A DNA stretch of 32,000 nucleotides from Synechococcus elongatus PCC 6301 (GCF_000010065.1 NC_006576.1:2010001-2042000); one strand, 5' to 3'; numbered from the stretch's first letter, positions 20,610 through 32,000 are shown. Made by a program: numbers and translations. Notes: a model not told the origin generated them from the sequence alone.

Positions 20610-21496
20610 TGATGGCGATCGCAGAAGAACCCGCTCAAGCCCCTGTGATTCAGCGTATTGCGCTGGTCATTCAGTACTTGGGTCAAGGCTTCTGCGGCTG
20701 GCAGCGTCAACCGCGCCAGCGTTCTGTGCAGGGTGAACTCGAGTCTGCGATCGCAGCTGTTGTGGGTCATCCCGTCTCAGTACAGTCCGCCGGACGTACT
20801 GATACCGGCGTTCATGCTGCCGCCCAGGTGGCACATTTCGAAACGACTAGTCCGATTCCAGCCCATCGTTGGCCCTCGGTTCTGAATGGTCGTCTCACGC
20901 CAGACCTCAACATCCGCGCCGCTGCAATCGTCCCTGCTAACTGGCATGCGCGCTTCAGCGCTAGCTACCGCCGCTACCGATACACGATCTACACCGATCC
21001 CTGTCCGAACCTGTTCTTGAACTCCTACGTGTGGCACTACTACCAAGCGCCACTCTGTGAGAACCAAATGCAGGCTGCCCTCCAAACCCTTGTGGGATAT
21101 CACCACCTCGCTGCTTTTCAGCGATCGGGTTCCAAACGACAGCATGCTTGGGTTCATGTTCAAGACGCTTGGGTCCGACGTCGGGACTCGCTGATTGAGA
21201 TCGAAGTTCAGGCCAGTGGCTTCCTCTACGGCATGATTCGTCTTCTCGTAGGCTTGCTCGTACAAGTCGGTGAAGGCAGTCGCTCCCTAGAGTCATTCAC
21301 GGACATCTGGGTCAATCAGCGCCGCGATCGCGTAAGGCATGCTGCTCCTCCCCAAGGACTCTGCCTGTTGCGCATTGGCTATCCGGACTCCCCGTTTCCG
21401 GTAGACGCATGGTTTGATACCCAGCCGCTGTTCGTGCTCCCCTCATCCCGCAACGATTCAGAATCCCTGAGTCCGTGCGCGGTTTCCCTTGGTTAA
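20609..21496 (+). CDS. truA: tRNA pseudouridine(38-40) synthase
   Basis: IQYLGQGFCGWQRQP, SAGRTDTGVHAAAQVAHF, YRYTIYTDP, FLYGMIRLLVG. Start GTG 20609 or ATG 20612. Confidence 0.95.
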   Translation: MMAIAEEPAQAPVIQRIALVIQYLGQGFCGWQRQPRQRSVQGELESAIAAVVGHPVSVQSAGRTDTGVHAAAQVAHFETTSPIPAHRWPSVLNGRLTPDLNIRAAAIVPANWHARFSASYRRYRYTIYTDPCPNLFLNSYVWHYYQAPLCENQMQAALQTLVGYHHLAAFQRSGSKRQHAWVHVQDAWVRRRDSLIEIEVQASGFLYGMIRLLVGLLVQVGEGSRSLESFTDIWVNQRRDRVRHAAPPQGLCLLRIGYPDSPFPVDAWFDTQPLFVLPSSRNDSESLSPCAVSLG

Positions 21497-21511
21497 TCCG
21501 AGTTTTCTCCC

Positions 21512-21967
21512 ATGAACAAAACCTACCTCCCAAGCCAAGGCGCGATTGAGCGCAACTGGTACGTGGTGGATGCGGCCGATCAGCGTCTCGGTCGTCTAGC
21601 TACGGAAATTGCCCGTGTTTTGCGCGGCAAGCACAAACCGACCTACACCCCTCACATGGATACGGGGGATTTTGTCATCGTGATCAACGCTGATAAGGTC
21701 ACGGTCACTGGTCGTAAGGCGTCCCAAAAGCTCTACCGTCGTCACTCGGGTCGCCCGGGCGGCATGAAGGTCGAAACCTTTGCTCACCTTCAGCAACGCT
21801 TGCCGGAGCGCATCATCGAGCAAGCTGTTAAAGGGATGCTGCCGAAAAATGCTCTCGGTCGCCAACTCTTTACCAAACTCAAGGTCTATCGCGGTGCAGA
21901 ACACCCCCATCAGGCACAACAGCCTGAAGTCTTGAGCATCCAAACTTTTGCTGGAGATGACAACTAA
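21512..21967 (+). CDS. rplM: 50S ribosomal protein L13
   Basis: [63 protein letters not shown]. Confidence 0.98.
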   Translation: MNKTYLPSQGAIERNWYVVDAADQRLGRLATEIARVLRGKHKPTYTPHMDTGDFVIVINADKVTVTGRKASQKLYRRHSGRPGGMKVETFAHLQQRLPERIIEQAVKGMLPKNALGRQLFTKLKVYRGAEHPHQAQQPEVLSIQTFAGDDN

Positions 21968-22374
21968 TGACGGACTCTTCTGGACGCGTTGTTTACTGGG
22001 GCACCGGCCGTCGCAAAACGGCAGTTGCTCGGGTTCGCTTGGTGCCCGGTAGCGGCAAGTTGGTCATCAATGGCCGCGAGGGAGACAATTACCTCAACTA
22101 CAACCCGGCTTACCTGAACGCAACTCGCCTGCCCTTGGAGACCCTAGGCTTGGAAGGCGACTACGACATTCTTGCCAATGTCCACGGCGGTGGCCTGACC
22201 GGCCAAGCCGATGCGATTCGCTTGGGTGTGGCGCGGGCATTGTGTGAGCTGGCCCCCGAGAACCGTAAGCCCTTGAAAGTTGAAGGCTTCCTGAGCCGTG
22301 ACCCCCGCCGCAAAGAGCGGAAGAAATACGGTCTCAAGAAAGCTCGGAAAGCGCCTCAGTTCTCCAAACGCTAA
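21967..22374 (+). CDS. rpsI: 30S ribosomal protein S9
   Basis: [29 protein letters not shown] ... [24 protein letters not shown]. Confidence 0.98.
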   Translation: MTDSSGRVVYWGTGRRKTAVARVRLVPGSGKLVINGREGDNYLNYNPAYLNATRLPLETLGLEGDYDILANVHGGGLTGQADAIRLGVARALCELAPENRKPLKVEGFLSRDPRRKERKKYGLKKARKAPQFSKR

Positions 22375-22404
22375 TTTTTTATCCTTGTTTGTGAGGTCTA
22401 CCCC

Positions 22405-22638
22405 ATGCCAAAAGCTGATATTCATCCGCAGTGGTATCCCGAAGCCAAGGTCTACTGCAACGGTGAAGAAGTGATGACCGTGGGCTCGACCCAACCAGAA
22501 CTCCATGTGGATGTCTGGTCGGGCAACCACCCCTTCTACACCGGCACGCAAAAGATCATCGACACCGAAGGTCGGGTCGAACGCTTCTTGCGCAAATACG
22601 GCATGCTCGAAGGCGACCAAGCCAAGAGCGAAGCTTAA
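22405..22638 (+). CDS. rpmE: 50S ribosomal protein L31
   Basis: 77 aa; MPKADIHPQWYPEAKVYCNGEEVMTVGSTQPELHVDVWSGNHPFYTGTQKIIDTEGRVERFLRKYG. Confidence 0.95.
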   Translation: MPKADIHPQWYPEAKVYCNGEEVMTVGSTQPELHVDVWSGNHPFYTGTQKIIDTEGRVERFLRKYGMLEGDQAKSEA

Positions 22639-22655
22639 ATTCTGTCCGTGTGCTG

Positions 22656-22686
22656 GGAAGCCCCAATTTGGGGCTTCCTTTGTTTT
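22656..22686 (+). terminator. Rho-independent terminator-like hairpin downstream of rpmE
   Basis: GGAAGCCCCAA-T-TTGGGGCTTCC followed by TTTGTTTT; sits 17 bp after the rpmE stop. Confidence 0.75.
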
Positions 22687-22688
22687 AG

Positions 22689-23846
<1,158 letters not shown>

Positions 23847-23859
23847 TCTGAGTCTCGTT

Positions 23860-24357
23860 TTAAGCCCCGATCACGTACTTGCGCCATTCTTGGTGGCTGC
23901 CTTGGTTGAGATAGCGTGAAATCTCAAAGTAGAGGCTGCTGACGGGTTGGCGCGGTGTGCTCATCAGGGGCATCCCTGCCTCTTTAGGCGTACGGTTGCC
24001 CTTGTGAACGTTGCAGCGCATGCAGGCCGTAATCACGTTCTCCCAGGTATCGGCTCCCCCCCGCGATCGTGGCAAGATGTGGTCGAGGGTCAGATTCTCA
24101 CCGTGATAGCCGCAATACTGACAGGAATGACCGTCTCGATGCAAAACATTTCGACGGGTTAGTGGGATCTCGTTGTAGGGAATACGGACGTATTGACGTA
24201 GTCGAATCACCGTCGGAAGTGGTAGATCAGGCAGGATCATTCGACCGTTGTGCTCTAAACTTTCAGCCTTATCTTTCAAAAGCAAGATCACTGCTCGCCG
24301 CCAGCTCGTGATGTTGAGTGGCTCGTAGGAAGCGTTGAGCACTAAAACCTTGCCCAT
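23860..24357 (-). CDS. HNH endonuclease family protein
   Basis: 165 aa; CQYCGYHGENLTLDHILPRSRGGADTWENVITACMRCNVHKGNRTPKE (HNH motif with two CxxC). Confidence 0.92.
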   Translation of the reverse strand: MGKVLVLNASYEPLNITSWRRAVILLLKDKAESLEHNGRMILPDLPLPTVIRLRQYVRIPYNEIPLTRRNVLHRDGHSCQYCGYHGENLTLDHILPRSRGGADTWENVITACMRCNVHKGNRTPKEAGMPLMSTPRQPVSSLYFEISRYLNQGSHQEWRKYVIGA

Positions 24358-24481
24358 AGGGCTTGAATGGGCTTTTCAAAAGTTTGCCCAGATGGTAACA
24401 CAACCTTCAGAAAGGCTTCGGCTCCCGAGGGTCTCCGCAGCGTTTGGAGGCGATTAGGATGCAGGGTAGAGGTGGTGTTGA

Positions 24482-25702
24482 GTGACTGTGAAACCGATTG
24501 ATCCCCAACCAACTCCGCGTTGGCCAGCGCGACGGTTAGAGCAACTTTCCTATCAGCGGGCTTGGGTCGAAGTTGATCAGGGGGCGATCGCGGCCAACAC
24601 GCGTCAGATCCGCCAGTTCCTCGCACCCAGTTGTGAATTGATGGCAGTCGTCAAAGCGGATGCCTATGGTCACGGCGCTGTTGCGATCGCCAGTACGGTT
24701 TTAGGTGCTGGAGCCACTGCCTTGGGAGTTGCCACGATCCCGGAAGGAGTACGGTTGCGGGAGGCGGGGATCACTGCACCGATTCTGCTGCTGGGATCGA
24801 TCCATAGCCCCGACGAAGTGCAAGCGATCGCTCATTGGCAGATCCAGCCCAGTCTCAGCACCCCCAAGCAGGCATTAATCTGTGCGGAAGCATTAGATCG
24901 CTTGGGACAGTCTCTCCCTGTCCATCTCAAACTTGATACCGGCATGTCCCGCCTCGGAGCACCTTGGCAAACTGCGGTCGAGTTCCTGCAGCTCGTTCAT
25001 GGTTTGCCGTCGCTCCAGCTTGCCAGTCTCTACTCGCACTTCGCAACGGCAGACAGCCCAGATCGCGCGCCGCTCCAGCAACAACATGCAGCATTTGAAC
25101 AGGCGATCGCCCAAATCCAAGCAGAAGGATTGCCAGTCCCTAAGCTTCACATTGCTAACTCAGCAGCGACGCTATTGGATTCGAGCCTTCACTACGACCA
25201 AGTCCGTGTTGGGCTAGCGCTGTATGGGCTTTACCCCGCACCGCACCTTGGCGATCGTCTGTCTTTATATCCAGCTTTATCGGTCAAAGCACGGGTGACT
25301 CACGTCACGACCCTGCCTGCAGGCCAAGGCGTTAGCTACGGCCATCGCTACGTGACTCAACGGGAAACGCCGATCGCCGTTGTTGGGATCGGTTATGCCG
25401 ATGGTGTGCCGCGTGCCCTGTCTAATCAGATGGAGGTGCTCTACCGCGGTCAGCGGCTGCCACAGATTGGGGCGATCACAATGGACCAGATGATGATCGA
25501 CATCTCTGCCATGCCCCAATTGGCACCGGGAGATGTTGTCACCCTGTTGGGGCGATCGGGGTCAGAACAGATTACCGCTGACGATTGGGCCGATCGCGCC
25601 AATACGATTAGCTGGGAAATTCTCTGCGGCTTTAAAGATCGGCTGCCACGCTTTGCCGTCGCCGCGGATTGGTCATCCAATCAAGTCACTGTCAGGTCTT
25701 AA
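24482..25702 (+). CDS. alr: Alanine racemase
   Basis: 406 aa; PLP-binding AVVKADAYGHGAV; KLDTGMSRLG; VGIGYADGVPR; TMDQMMIDI. GTG start. Confidence 0.95.
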   Translation: MTVKPIDPQPTPRWPARRLEQLSYQRAWVEVDQGAIAANTRQIRQFLAPSCELMAVVKADAYGHGAVAIASTVLGAGATALGVATIPEGVRLREAGITAPILLLGSIHSPDEVQAIAHWQIQPSLSTPKQALICAEALDRLGQSLPVHLKLDTGMSRLGAPWQTAVEFLQLVHGLPSLQLASLYSHFATADSPDRAPLQQQHAAFEQAIAQIQAEGLPVPKLHIANSAATLLDSSLHYDQVRVGLALYGLYPAPHLGDRLSLYPALSVKARVTHVTTLPAGQGVSYGHRYVTQRETPIAVVGIGYADGVPRALSNQMEVLYRGQRLPQIGAITMDQMMIDISAMPQLAPGDVVTLLGRSGSEQITADDWADRANTISWEILCGFKDRLPRFAVAADWSSNQVTVRS

Positions 25703-25740
25703 CGCCGCGGGGAAGTTCTGCTACGATAACGAAACCGCTT

Positions 25741-25829
25741 GGAGAGATGGCTGAGTGGTCGAAAGCAGCACATTGCTAATGTGCCGAGTCGTGTACGCGG
25801 CTCCGAGGGTTCGAATCCCTCTCTCTCCG
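25741..25829 (+). tRNA. tRNA-Ser (anticodon GCU)
   Basis: Acceptor GGAGAGA (25741-25747) pairs with TCTCTCC (25822-25828); long class II variable arm; anticodon loop TTGCTAA; T-arm GAGGGTTCGAATCCCTC; CCA not encoded. Confidence 0.97.
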
Positions 25830-25951
25830 TTCGATACAACAAGTAATCCTAGATGACGAGTCTGCGATCGCAAAGATTGCAGTTTCGTTATGCAGACCAG
25901 GGATCGCGATCGAGGTTTCTAGCCTAGAGGCAGCACTAGGCTAAACCCGAC

Positions 25952-26443
25952 ATGAGTGGCAACTGCTGCGTTCTACCTCAAATTGCTTCGCCGGCCAGCT
26001 TGCTGGTCTACCGCCTTCGTCCTCAGGGAAGCAACCGCTTTGCAGTCTTATTCGATCCTGAGCAGGCAGGAGTATCCTTGGTGGCTTGCTTTGAGGTTTT
26101 TGATCCGGGTGGATCTACGCCTCCCAACTTGCATGGACGCGCGATCGAATTTTTCTATGTGATTGCGGGTGAAGGCGAAGCCTACTGTGATGGTAAGCGA
26201 ACTGCGATTGCTGCAGGAGACATGCTGCTGATTCCCGCAACCGGATTGCATGAAATTCGCAACACCCATCAGGATCAACGCCTCTACGTGCTGACGCTGA
26301 TGATCCCCAATGAGGCCTTTATTGAGCTAATCCGGTCTGGCATTCCCGATCGCCTCGATGCGGCGGATTTAGCGGTGCTGCAGCAGCTACGGACCATTCC
26401 ACAAGTTCCAGCTTCAGCCAGAGTGGCTGCGGCAATCGCCTAA
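25952..26443 (+). CDS. Cupin domain protein
   Basis: 163 aa; FEVFDPGGSTPPNLHGRAIEFFYVIAGEGEAYCDGKRTAIAAGDMLLIPATGLHEIRN matches the two cupin motifs. Confidence 0.8.
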   Translation: MSGNCCVLPQIASPASLLVYRLRPQGSNRFAVLFDPEQAGVSLVACFEVFDPGGSTPPNLHGRAIEFFYVIAGEGEAYCDGKRTAIAAGDMLLIPATGLHEIRNTHQDQRLYVLTLMIPNEAFIELIRSGIPDRLDAADLAVLQQLRTIPQVPASARVAAAIA

Positions 26444-26500
26444 CAGGACTGGGCGAGTCGGATAGGATGCTGGAACAGCCCTTCTGGTTTGACTGCCTCC

Positions 26501-29113
26501 ATGTCTTTTGTTGGCCTGCACATGCACAGTGACTACAGCCTGCTGGATGGGGCGAGTCAGCTACCGGATCTGGTGGCGCGAGCTAAAGAACTGGGAATGC
26601 CCGCGATTGCTCTGACAGATCACGGCGTGATGTATGGAGCGATCGAACTCCTCAAAGTTTGCAAAAATCAGGGCAATATTCGACCGATTATCGGCAATGA
26701 AATGTATGTCATCAATAGCCCGATTGATGACCCTAACCCTCGCGTCCGCAAATATCACCCGATTGTTTTAGCCAAGAATAAGAAAGGCTATCAAAATCTG
26801 GTTAAGTTGACCTCTATTTCGCATCTGCAAGGCTTTAAAGGACGGGGAATTTTTGCACGTCCTTGTATTGATAAAGAACATCTCGAAAAATACCGTGAAG
26901 GTCTAATCGTTACGAGTGCCTGTTTGGGGGGTGAAATTCCCCAAGCAATTTTGCAAAGTCGTCCGGATGTGGCTCGACGGGTAGCAGCTTGGTATCAAGA
27001 GCGCTTTGGCGAAGACTTCTATCTGGAAATTCAAGATCACGGCTCACCTGAAGATCGGATTGTCAATGTCGAAATTGTCCGAATTGCTCAGGAACTGGGG
27101 ATTGAACTGGTTGCCACTAACGATAGCCACTTTATTTCCTGTTTTGATGTTGAAGCCCATGATGCTCTGCTCTGTATTCAAACGGGCAAGCTTGTCGTCG
27201 AAGATAAACGGCTTCGCTATAGCGGCACAGAGTACCTCAAGTCTGCTGAGGAAATGCATCAGCTATTTCGCGATCACTTGCCAGATGATGTGATTGCTAA
27301 AGCGATCGCTAATACGCTTGTGATTGCCAGCAAGATCGAGGACTATAACATCCTTGGCGAGCCTAAAATTCCGACTTTCCCTGTCCCCGATGGCTACAAC
27401 GAAGAAACCTATATGGCGGAAGTTGCTCGTCAGGGACTGGCGGAGCGGCTCAATTGCGATCGCTATGAAGACTGCGAAGAAGCTTATCGCGATCGCTTGG
27501 AATACGAAATTAAAATGATGCACGAAATGGGATTTGCCTCCTATTTCTTAGTGGTTTGGGATTACATCAAATTTGCCCGTGACAACAATATTCCTGTGGG
27601 CCCAGGTCGTGGATCAGCGGCGGGCTCACTGGTTGCCTACTGTATGGGCATCACCAATATTGATCCAGTTCATCATGGCTTGCTATTCGAAAGATTCCTG
27701 AATCCAGAACGCAAATCAATGCCGGATATTGATACAGACTTCTGCATTGATCAGCGGGATAAAGTGATTGACTATGTGACTAAAAAGTATGGAGAAGATC
27801 GCGTTGCCCAGATCATTACCTTCAACCGAATGACATCCAAAGCGGTGCTGAAGGATGTGGCGCGCGTGCTGGATATCCCCTACGGGGAAGCCGACCGCAT
27901 GGCCAAGCTCATCCCTGTAGCGCGGGGTAAGCCGGCAAAACTGAAGGTGATGATTTCAGATCAAACACCTGCGCCAGAGTTTAAAGAAAAATATGAAAAA
28001 GATGCCCGAGTGAAACACTGGGTCGATATGGCGCTGCGCATTGAGGGAACCAACAAAACATTTGGCGTCCATGCAGCGGGCGTCGTGATTTCAGCCGTTC
28101 CGCTCGATGAAATTGTGCCGCTCCAGCGGAATAATGATGGCCAAGTGATCACGCAGTATTACATGGAGGATATTGAAGCCTGTGGCCTCTTGAAAATGGA
28201 TTTTCTGGGCCTCAGAAACCTGACAATGATCCAAAAAGCGATCGATCTTGTTCAGGAAACGAGTGGACAAGCCATTGATCCCGATCGCCTACCAATGGAT
28301 GATCCAAAAACCTACCAGCTGTTAGCTAAAGGTGATCTGGAAGGGGTATTTCAGTTGGAGTCTTCCGGGATGCGGCAAATTGTCCGCGATTTGAAACCAT
28401 CTAACCTCGAAGATATTTCTTCAATTCTGGCACTCTATCGGCCGGGGCCTTTGGATGCTGGTTTGATTCCTAAATTTATTAATCGGAAGCATGGCCGAGA
28501 AGCGATCGACTATGCCGATCAGATGCTTCAGCCCATCCTGAATGAAACCTACGGAATCATGGTTTATCAGGAACAAATTATGAAAATTGCTCAAGACATG
28601 GGTGGCTACACACTCGGAGAAGCTGACTTGCTTCGGCGGGCGATGGGCAAGAAGAAAATGTCGGAGATGGTCAAACACCAAAGCACCTTTGTCGAAGGTG
28701 CAAAGAAGAATGGTGTTGCAGAAAAGGTTGCAGCTGAGCTCTTTGATCAGATGGTGCTGTTTGCCGAATATTGTTTGGCGGCAGATACAGAAGTTCTGAC
28801 CGTTGAATATGGCCCGATCGCAATTGGCAAACTAGTCGAAGAAAATATTCGTTGCCAAGTTTATTGCTGTAACCCAGATGGCTATATCTACAGTCAGCCG
28901 ATTGGTCAATGGCATCAACGAGGTGAACAGGAAGTGATTGAATACGAACTCAGTGATGGTCGCATCATTCGAGCAACTGCTGACCATCGCTTTATGACTG
29001 AAGAGGGTGAAATGCTGTCGCTGGATGAAATCTTTGAGCGATCGCTAGAACTGAAGCAGATTCCGACACCATTGTTAGCGATCGCTCAGCCATCCCCGTT
29101 AGCGACGGCGTAA
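26501..29113 (+). CDS. dnaE-N: DNA polymerase III alpha subunit, N-terminal fragment fused to N-half of split intein
   Basis: PHP domain [19 protein letters not shown]; [24 protein letters not shown]; ends at extein ...LFAEY followed by intein [15 protein letters not shown]... and then a stop. ORF extends to TTG 26489; ATG 26501 preferred. Confidence 0.95.
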   Translation: MSFVGLHMHSDYSLLDGASQLPDLVARAKELGMPAIALTDHGVMYGAIELLKVCKNQGNIRPIIGNEMYVINSPIDDPNPRVRKYHPIVLAKNKKGYQNLVKLTSISHLQGFKGRGIFARPCIDKEHLEKYREGLIVTSACLGGEIPQAILQSRPDVARRVAAWYQERFGEDFYLEIQDHGSPEDRIVNVEIVRIAQELGIELVATNDSHFISCFDVEAHDALLCIQTGKLVVEDKRLRYSGTEYLKSAEEMHQLFRDHLPDDVIAKAIANTLVIASKIEDYNILGEPKIPTFPVPDGYNEETYMAEVARQGLAERLNCDRYEDCEEAYRDRLEYEIKMMHEMGFASYFLVVWDYIKFARDNNIPVGPGRGSAAGSLVAYCMGITNIDPVHHGLLFERFLNPERKSMPDIDTDFCIDQRDKVIDYVTKKYGEDRVAQIITFNRMTSKAVLKDVARVLDIPYGEADRMAKLIPVARGKPAKLKVMISDQTPAPEFKEKYEKDARVKHWVDMALRIEGTNKTFGVHAAGVVISAVPLDEIVPLQRNNDGQVITQYYMEDIEACGLLKMDFLGLRNLTMIQKAIDLVQETSGQAIDPDRLPMDDPKTYQLLAKGDLEGVFQLESSGMRQIVRDLKPSNLEDISSILALYRPGPLDAGLIPKFINRKHGREAIDYADQMLQPILNETYGIMVYQEQIMKIAQDMGGYTLGEADLLRRAMGKKKMSEMVKHQSTFVEGAKKNGVAEKVAAELFDQMVLFAEYCLAADTEVLTVEYGPIAIGKLVEENIRCQVYCCNPDGYIYSQPIGQWHQRGEQEVIEYELSDGRIIRATADHRFMTEEGEMLSLDEIFERSLELKQIPTPLLAIAQPSPLATA
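28772..29110 (+). other. Split intein N-half (Int-N of DnaE trans-splicing intein), 113 aa
   Basis: Begins with catalytic Cys (TGT at 28772) after extein ...AEY; block [15 protein letters not shown]; block [15 protein letters not shown] with TxxH; no C-intein or C-extein follows. Confidence 0.95.
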
Positions 29114-30229
29114 CTTGCTAACTAACTTTCGCGAAAGGCTGAGATTCAGTCCTTCTTGATCACACCATTCCTGCAAGAGGCGATAGAACAATTGGCGATC
29201 GTCGCTGCGAAGAACAGCCGCTTGATCCGCAGTTTCGATCGCATAGGGATAGCCGCCGCCTGCAATTACTTCAGCGCGCAACCAATTCAGTACTGTCTCA
29301 TGTTGACCCGATTCCACTAACCACAAGGGCAATTCAATCCGAACAGGGTTGCCGTCATGGGTTTTGAGATAGCAATAGGCTAAGCGATCGCTCTGTTCTG
29401 CATAGGCTTTGAGGATGCTTCTGCGACAGCGTAGTAGGGGTGTGCGATCGCCCCAGCGTAATCCCTGCGCCACAATTTGAGCATCGACAAGCGATCGTGG
29501 CTCGGGCAATTCCTCAAACCAATCCTGCAGTAATTCAGCTAAGTCTTTTGCTGAAGAAGTGTCGATATAAGCGATGAGGGGAACACGACTGTTCTCACTC
29601 GCTCGGAGGAGTCGGACTAAACAATCAATGTAAACTTGCTGGGTTTCAGCCTCAAATGCTTCAGCAAAGGTTGCCACTAAGGAACCATCTAACAAAGCAC
29701 AGCAGTTAGGCTGACCTGCGTGACTCTCGAGGAACTGAACAAGGCGTTCTGTCTCCATCTGGAAACGACGCATATTGACCAATCGGTCAAAGTTTTCGGG
29801 CGACAGATCCTGAAAGTCTGCAGGGGCCAGGAGATCGACTGCAATCTCTTTGGTGTAAGGCTGCTTCAGTTCGTGAGGATTCTCAAACCAAGCGATTTGA
29901 ACTAGGGCAATCGGTAGTGAAAAATCTTTGCTGGGATAGATCTGCGAGCCATCTACTGCAAAGGTTGTGACCCCTTGAATCTGCGATCGTGCCCAATCAA
30001 GACTGGCTTCTCGATGGGGCCAGCGTTCAGGAAATCGCCAAAGACTGCCATCAAGACTGAGCGGCAGATCCAAGAGATGACCATCAATCCAGCTATCAGG
30101 TAGCCTTGCTAACTGTCGAAAGGCATCTCGATAGAGCTGTAGCAAGCTTTGAAACTGGTCATCTGCGCGGTTAAACTGATGTCGTTTACTCTCGAGCAAA
30201 CGCCGAATTTCACTGGCACGAGTGGGCAT
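29099..30229 (-). CDS. NurA-domain protein (putative 5'-3' nuclease)
   Basis: 376 aa; [38 protein letters not shown]: acidic-motif layout typical of NurA domains. Confidence 0.75.
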   Translation of the reverse strand: MPTRASEIRRLLESKRHQFNRADDQFQSLLQLYRDAFRQLARLPDSWIDGHLLDLPLSLDGSLWRFPERWPHREASLDWARSQIQGVTTFAVDGSQIYPSKDFSLPIALVQIAWFENPHELKQPYTKEIAVDLLAPADFQDLSPENFDRLVNMRRFQMETERLVQFLESHAGQPNCCALLDGSLVATFAEAFEAETQQVYIDCLVRLLRASENSRVPLIAYIDTSSAKDLAELLQDWFEELPEPRSLVDAQIVAQGLRWGDRTPLLRCRRSILKAYAEQSDRLAYCYLKTHDGNPVRIELPLWLVESGQHETVLNWLRAEVIAGGGYPYAIETADQAAVLRSDDRQLFYRLLQEWCDQEGLNLSLSRKLVSKLRRR

Positions 30230-30242
30230 TGAATCAGCCTAG

Positions 30243-31346
30243 CTAGCTTAAAACTAAGTTGTCGCGATGGACGATGGTTTCTGCACCTTCGTAGCCTAGG
30301 ATTTGAACAATTTGATCACTTTGACAGCCACGGATCTGCTGCAGTTCGTGACTGTCATAGTTGACTAATCCTCGGGCAATTTCAGTGCCGTTGAGATCAC
30401 AGAGCTGAACTGCATCTTGGGCTTCAAAATCTCCTTCGATCGCTTGAATTCCAGCGGCTAAAAGCGACTTACCCCCTGCTTGAATCGCTTGCACTGCACC
30501 AGCATCCAGCAACAGTTTTCCAGTTGGCACGAGGCCGTGGGCAATCCAGCGTTTGCGGGCATTGACTGTTTCCGGTTGCGGCTCAAACCAAGTGCCGATC
30601 GCCTCACCCGCCAAGATTTTCAGCAGATTTTCGGGCGATCGCCCTTGGGTAATCACGGTACGAACGCTCGCTTGGGTAGCAATTTTCGCTGCAGTCAACT
30701 TCGTTGCCATACCGCCTGTACCCCAGCGACTGCCCTGTCCACCTGCTTGAATCGATTCCAGCTCCGAGAGGTCGTGGACAATTGTGATCGGCTTAGCATT
30801 TGGATCCTGGCGAGGGTCGGCTGTGTAGAGCCGATCAACATCGGTTAGTAGGAACAGCCATTGCGCTTCCACGAGACTGGCGACTAAGGCCGACAGCGTG
30901 TCATTGTCGCCAAACTTGAGTTCTTCAACAGCGACCGTGTCATTCTCGTTGACAATTGGCACGACGCCCAGCTCGAATAGTTCCTGAAAGGTTTGATAGG
31001 CATTGATGTAGCGTTGCCGCTGCGCCAGATCACCGCGCGTTAGCAGAACTTGAGCGATCGGCTGACCGAGGGTCGTAAACAGATCGTCGTAGGTGCGCAT
31101 CAAGCGACCCTGACCGACCGCTGCGATCGCCTGACGTTGGGCAATACGGCTGGGGCGATCGCGCAGCCCAAGGCGAGTGCAACCGACCCCAACCGCGCCC
31201 GAGGAGACTAGAACGACGTTGTAGCCCTGTCGGCGCAGTTGGCAAATCACTTCAACCAGCCCCGCAATCGTCGAGAGTGCCAAGCCCGGATGGTGGGGAT
31301 TGGTCAGACTGCTGGTGCCAATTTTGACCACGAGGGTCTCGGACAT
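30243..31346 (-). CDS. proB: Glutamate 5-kinase
   Basis: [66 protein letters not shown]; C-terminal PUA domain. ATG 31346 preferred over ORF-track start 31400. Confidence 0.95.
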   Translation of the reverse strand: MSETLVVKIGTSSLTNPHHPGLALSTIAGLVEVICQLRRQGYNVVLVSSGAVGVGCTRLGLRDRPSRIAQRQAIAAVGQGRLMRTYDDLFTTLGQPIAQVLLTRGDLAQRQRYINAYQTFQELFELGVVPIVNENDTVAVEELKFGDNDTLSALVASLVEAQWLFLLTDVDRLYTADPRQDPNAKPITIVHDLSELESIQAGGQGSRWGTGGMATKLTAAKIATQASVRTVITQGRSPENLLKILAGEAIGTWFEPQPETVNARKRWIAHGLVPTGKLLLDAGAVQAIQAGGKSLLAAGIQAIEGDFEAQDAVQLCDLNGTEIARGLVNYDSHELQQIRGCQSDQIVQILGYEGAETIVHRDNLVLS

Positions 31347-31483
31347 GGGAGCCACAGACCGGAAGAACGTCTCTAGTATCTTGCCTCTGTGGGGTTGCAA
31401 GCGATGACAATCACTCGGCTAGTAGCTTGCTGTTTCCCAAAAGTTGGGGCAGCTTAGGGCAGGACTGAAATGGAGTCATCCCT

Positions 31484-32000
31484 ATGTGGCGGGCGATCGC
31501 AGTGGCGAGTTTGGTGCTCACAGCTTGCGCGCCCACGCAGCAGCTTCAGGCAGAAATTCAAGAAGTCGCGACCTCACCCGTCTTTGCCAGCCAACCCAAT
31601 CAAGCAGAACAACCGGCCTCTGAGGGGACAGTTGTTATTCAAGGCGGACAAATTCGTACCGAGAGTCCCGGTAAAGCCCAAATTCAACTGAGTGATGGTC
31701 TGCAGTTTCGACTGGGTGGCAACGCCTTGTTGAAAATTGAGCCTGAACTCCAGCTCGATCGCGGTCAGATTATTGCTTGGCTGACGCCGAATCAAAAGCG
31801 CGATCGCCCCTTGCAAATCCGCACGCCAACTGCCACAGCCGCTATTCGCGGCACAACGGTCTTTATTGAGCAAACAGAGACCCAAGCTCTGATCTTGAGC
31901 TGGGAAGGACAAGTGGAGGTGCAGCTACCTTCTGGTGTGACCACACAGCTGACAAGTGGTCAATTGGTTCGCCTTCGGCCCGGCCAAACGACCTTGCCGA
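31484..32000 (+). CDS. FecR-domain lipoprotein (truncated by window edge)
   Basis: ATG 31484, open to the window edge: MWRAIAVASLVLTACAPTQQLQAEI... (lipobox LTAC) ... GGQIRTESPGKAQIQLSDGLQFRLGGNALLKIE...LQIRTPTATAAIRGTTVFIEQ: FecR-like core. Absent from ORF track. Confidence 0.75.
   Translation, partial: MWRAIAVASLVLTACAPTQQLQAEIQEVATSPVFASQPNQAEQPASEGTVVIQGGQIRTESPGKAQIQLSDGLQFRLGGNALLKIEPELQLDRGQIIAWLTPNQKRDRPLQIRTPTATAAIRGTTVFIEQTETQALILSWEGQVEVQLPSGVTTQLTSGQLVRLRPGQTTLP

Noticed and set aside
26489-29113. Premature stop or pseudogenisation of dnaE
   Set aside because: Although the polymerase frame is truncated at about 760 aa, the end is a well-formed intein N-half (blocks A and B), consistent with functional trans-splicing.

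Overview
This is a typical cyanobacterial chromosome segment. HIP1 octamers (GCGATCGC), ndhN and a split dnaE intein gene point to Synechococcus elongatus or a close relative (inference). The core, about 7.5-22.7 kb, is a merged S10/spc/alpha-type ribosomal protein cluster: rplC-rplD-rplW-rplB-rpsS-rplV-rpsC-rplP-rpmC-rpsQ-rplN-rplX-rplE-rpsH-rplF-rplR-rpsE-rplO-secY-adk-rpmJ-rpsM-rpsK-rpoA-rplQ-truA-rplM-rpsI-rpmE. It is followed by prfA, an HNH endonuclease, alr, tRNA-Ser(GCU), a cupin, dnaE-N carrying the N-half of a trans-splicing split intein, a NurA-domain gene, proB and a FecR-domain lipoprotein. The left flank carries a DUF4349-like lipoprotein, a GNAT acetyltransferase, a diheme cytochrome c, an MFS transporter in compositionally different DNA, a CobE/CbiG-C-like gene overlapping a fused double-ATPase ABC protein, trmD and ndhN. 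Four genes or gene edges missing from the supplied ORF track were recovered or corrected: the DUF4349-like gene (GTG start), rpmJ (37 aa), the FecR lipoprotein (runs off the edge), and revised starts for rplW, rpsK and proB. I found no convincing new multi-gene system. The best leads are the split-intein gene with its convergent overlap with nurA, the cobE-like/ABC coupling, missing infA, rpsN and rpmD in the cluster, HIP1 depletion across the ribosomal cluster, and a few intergenic hairpins.
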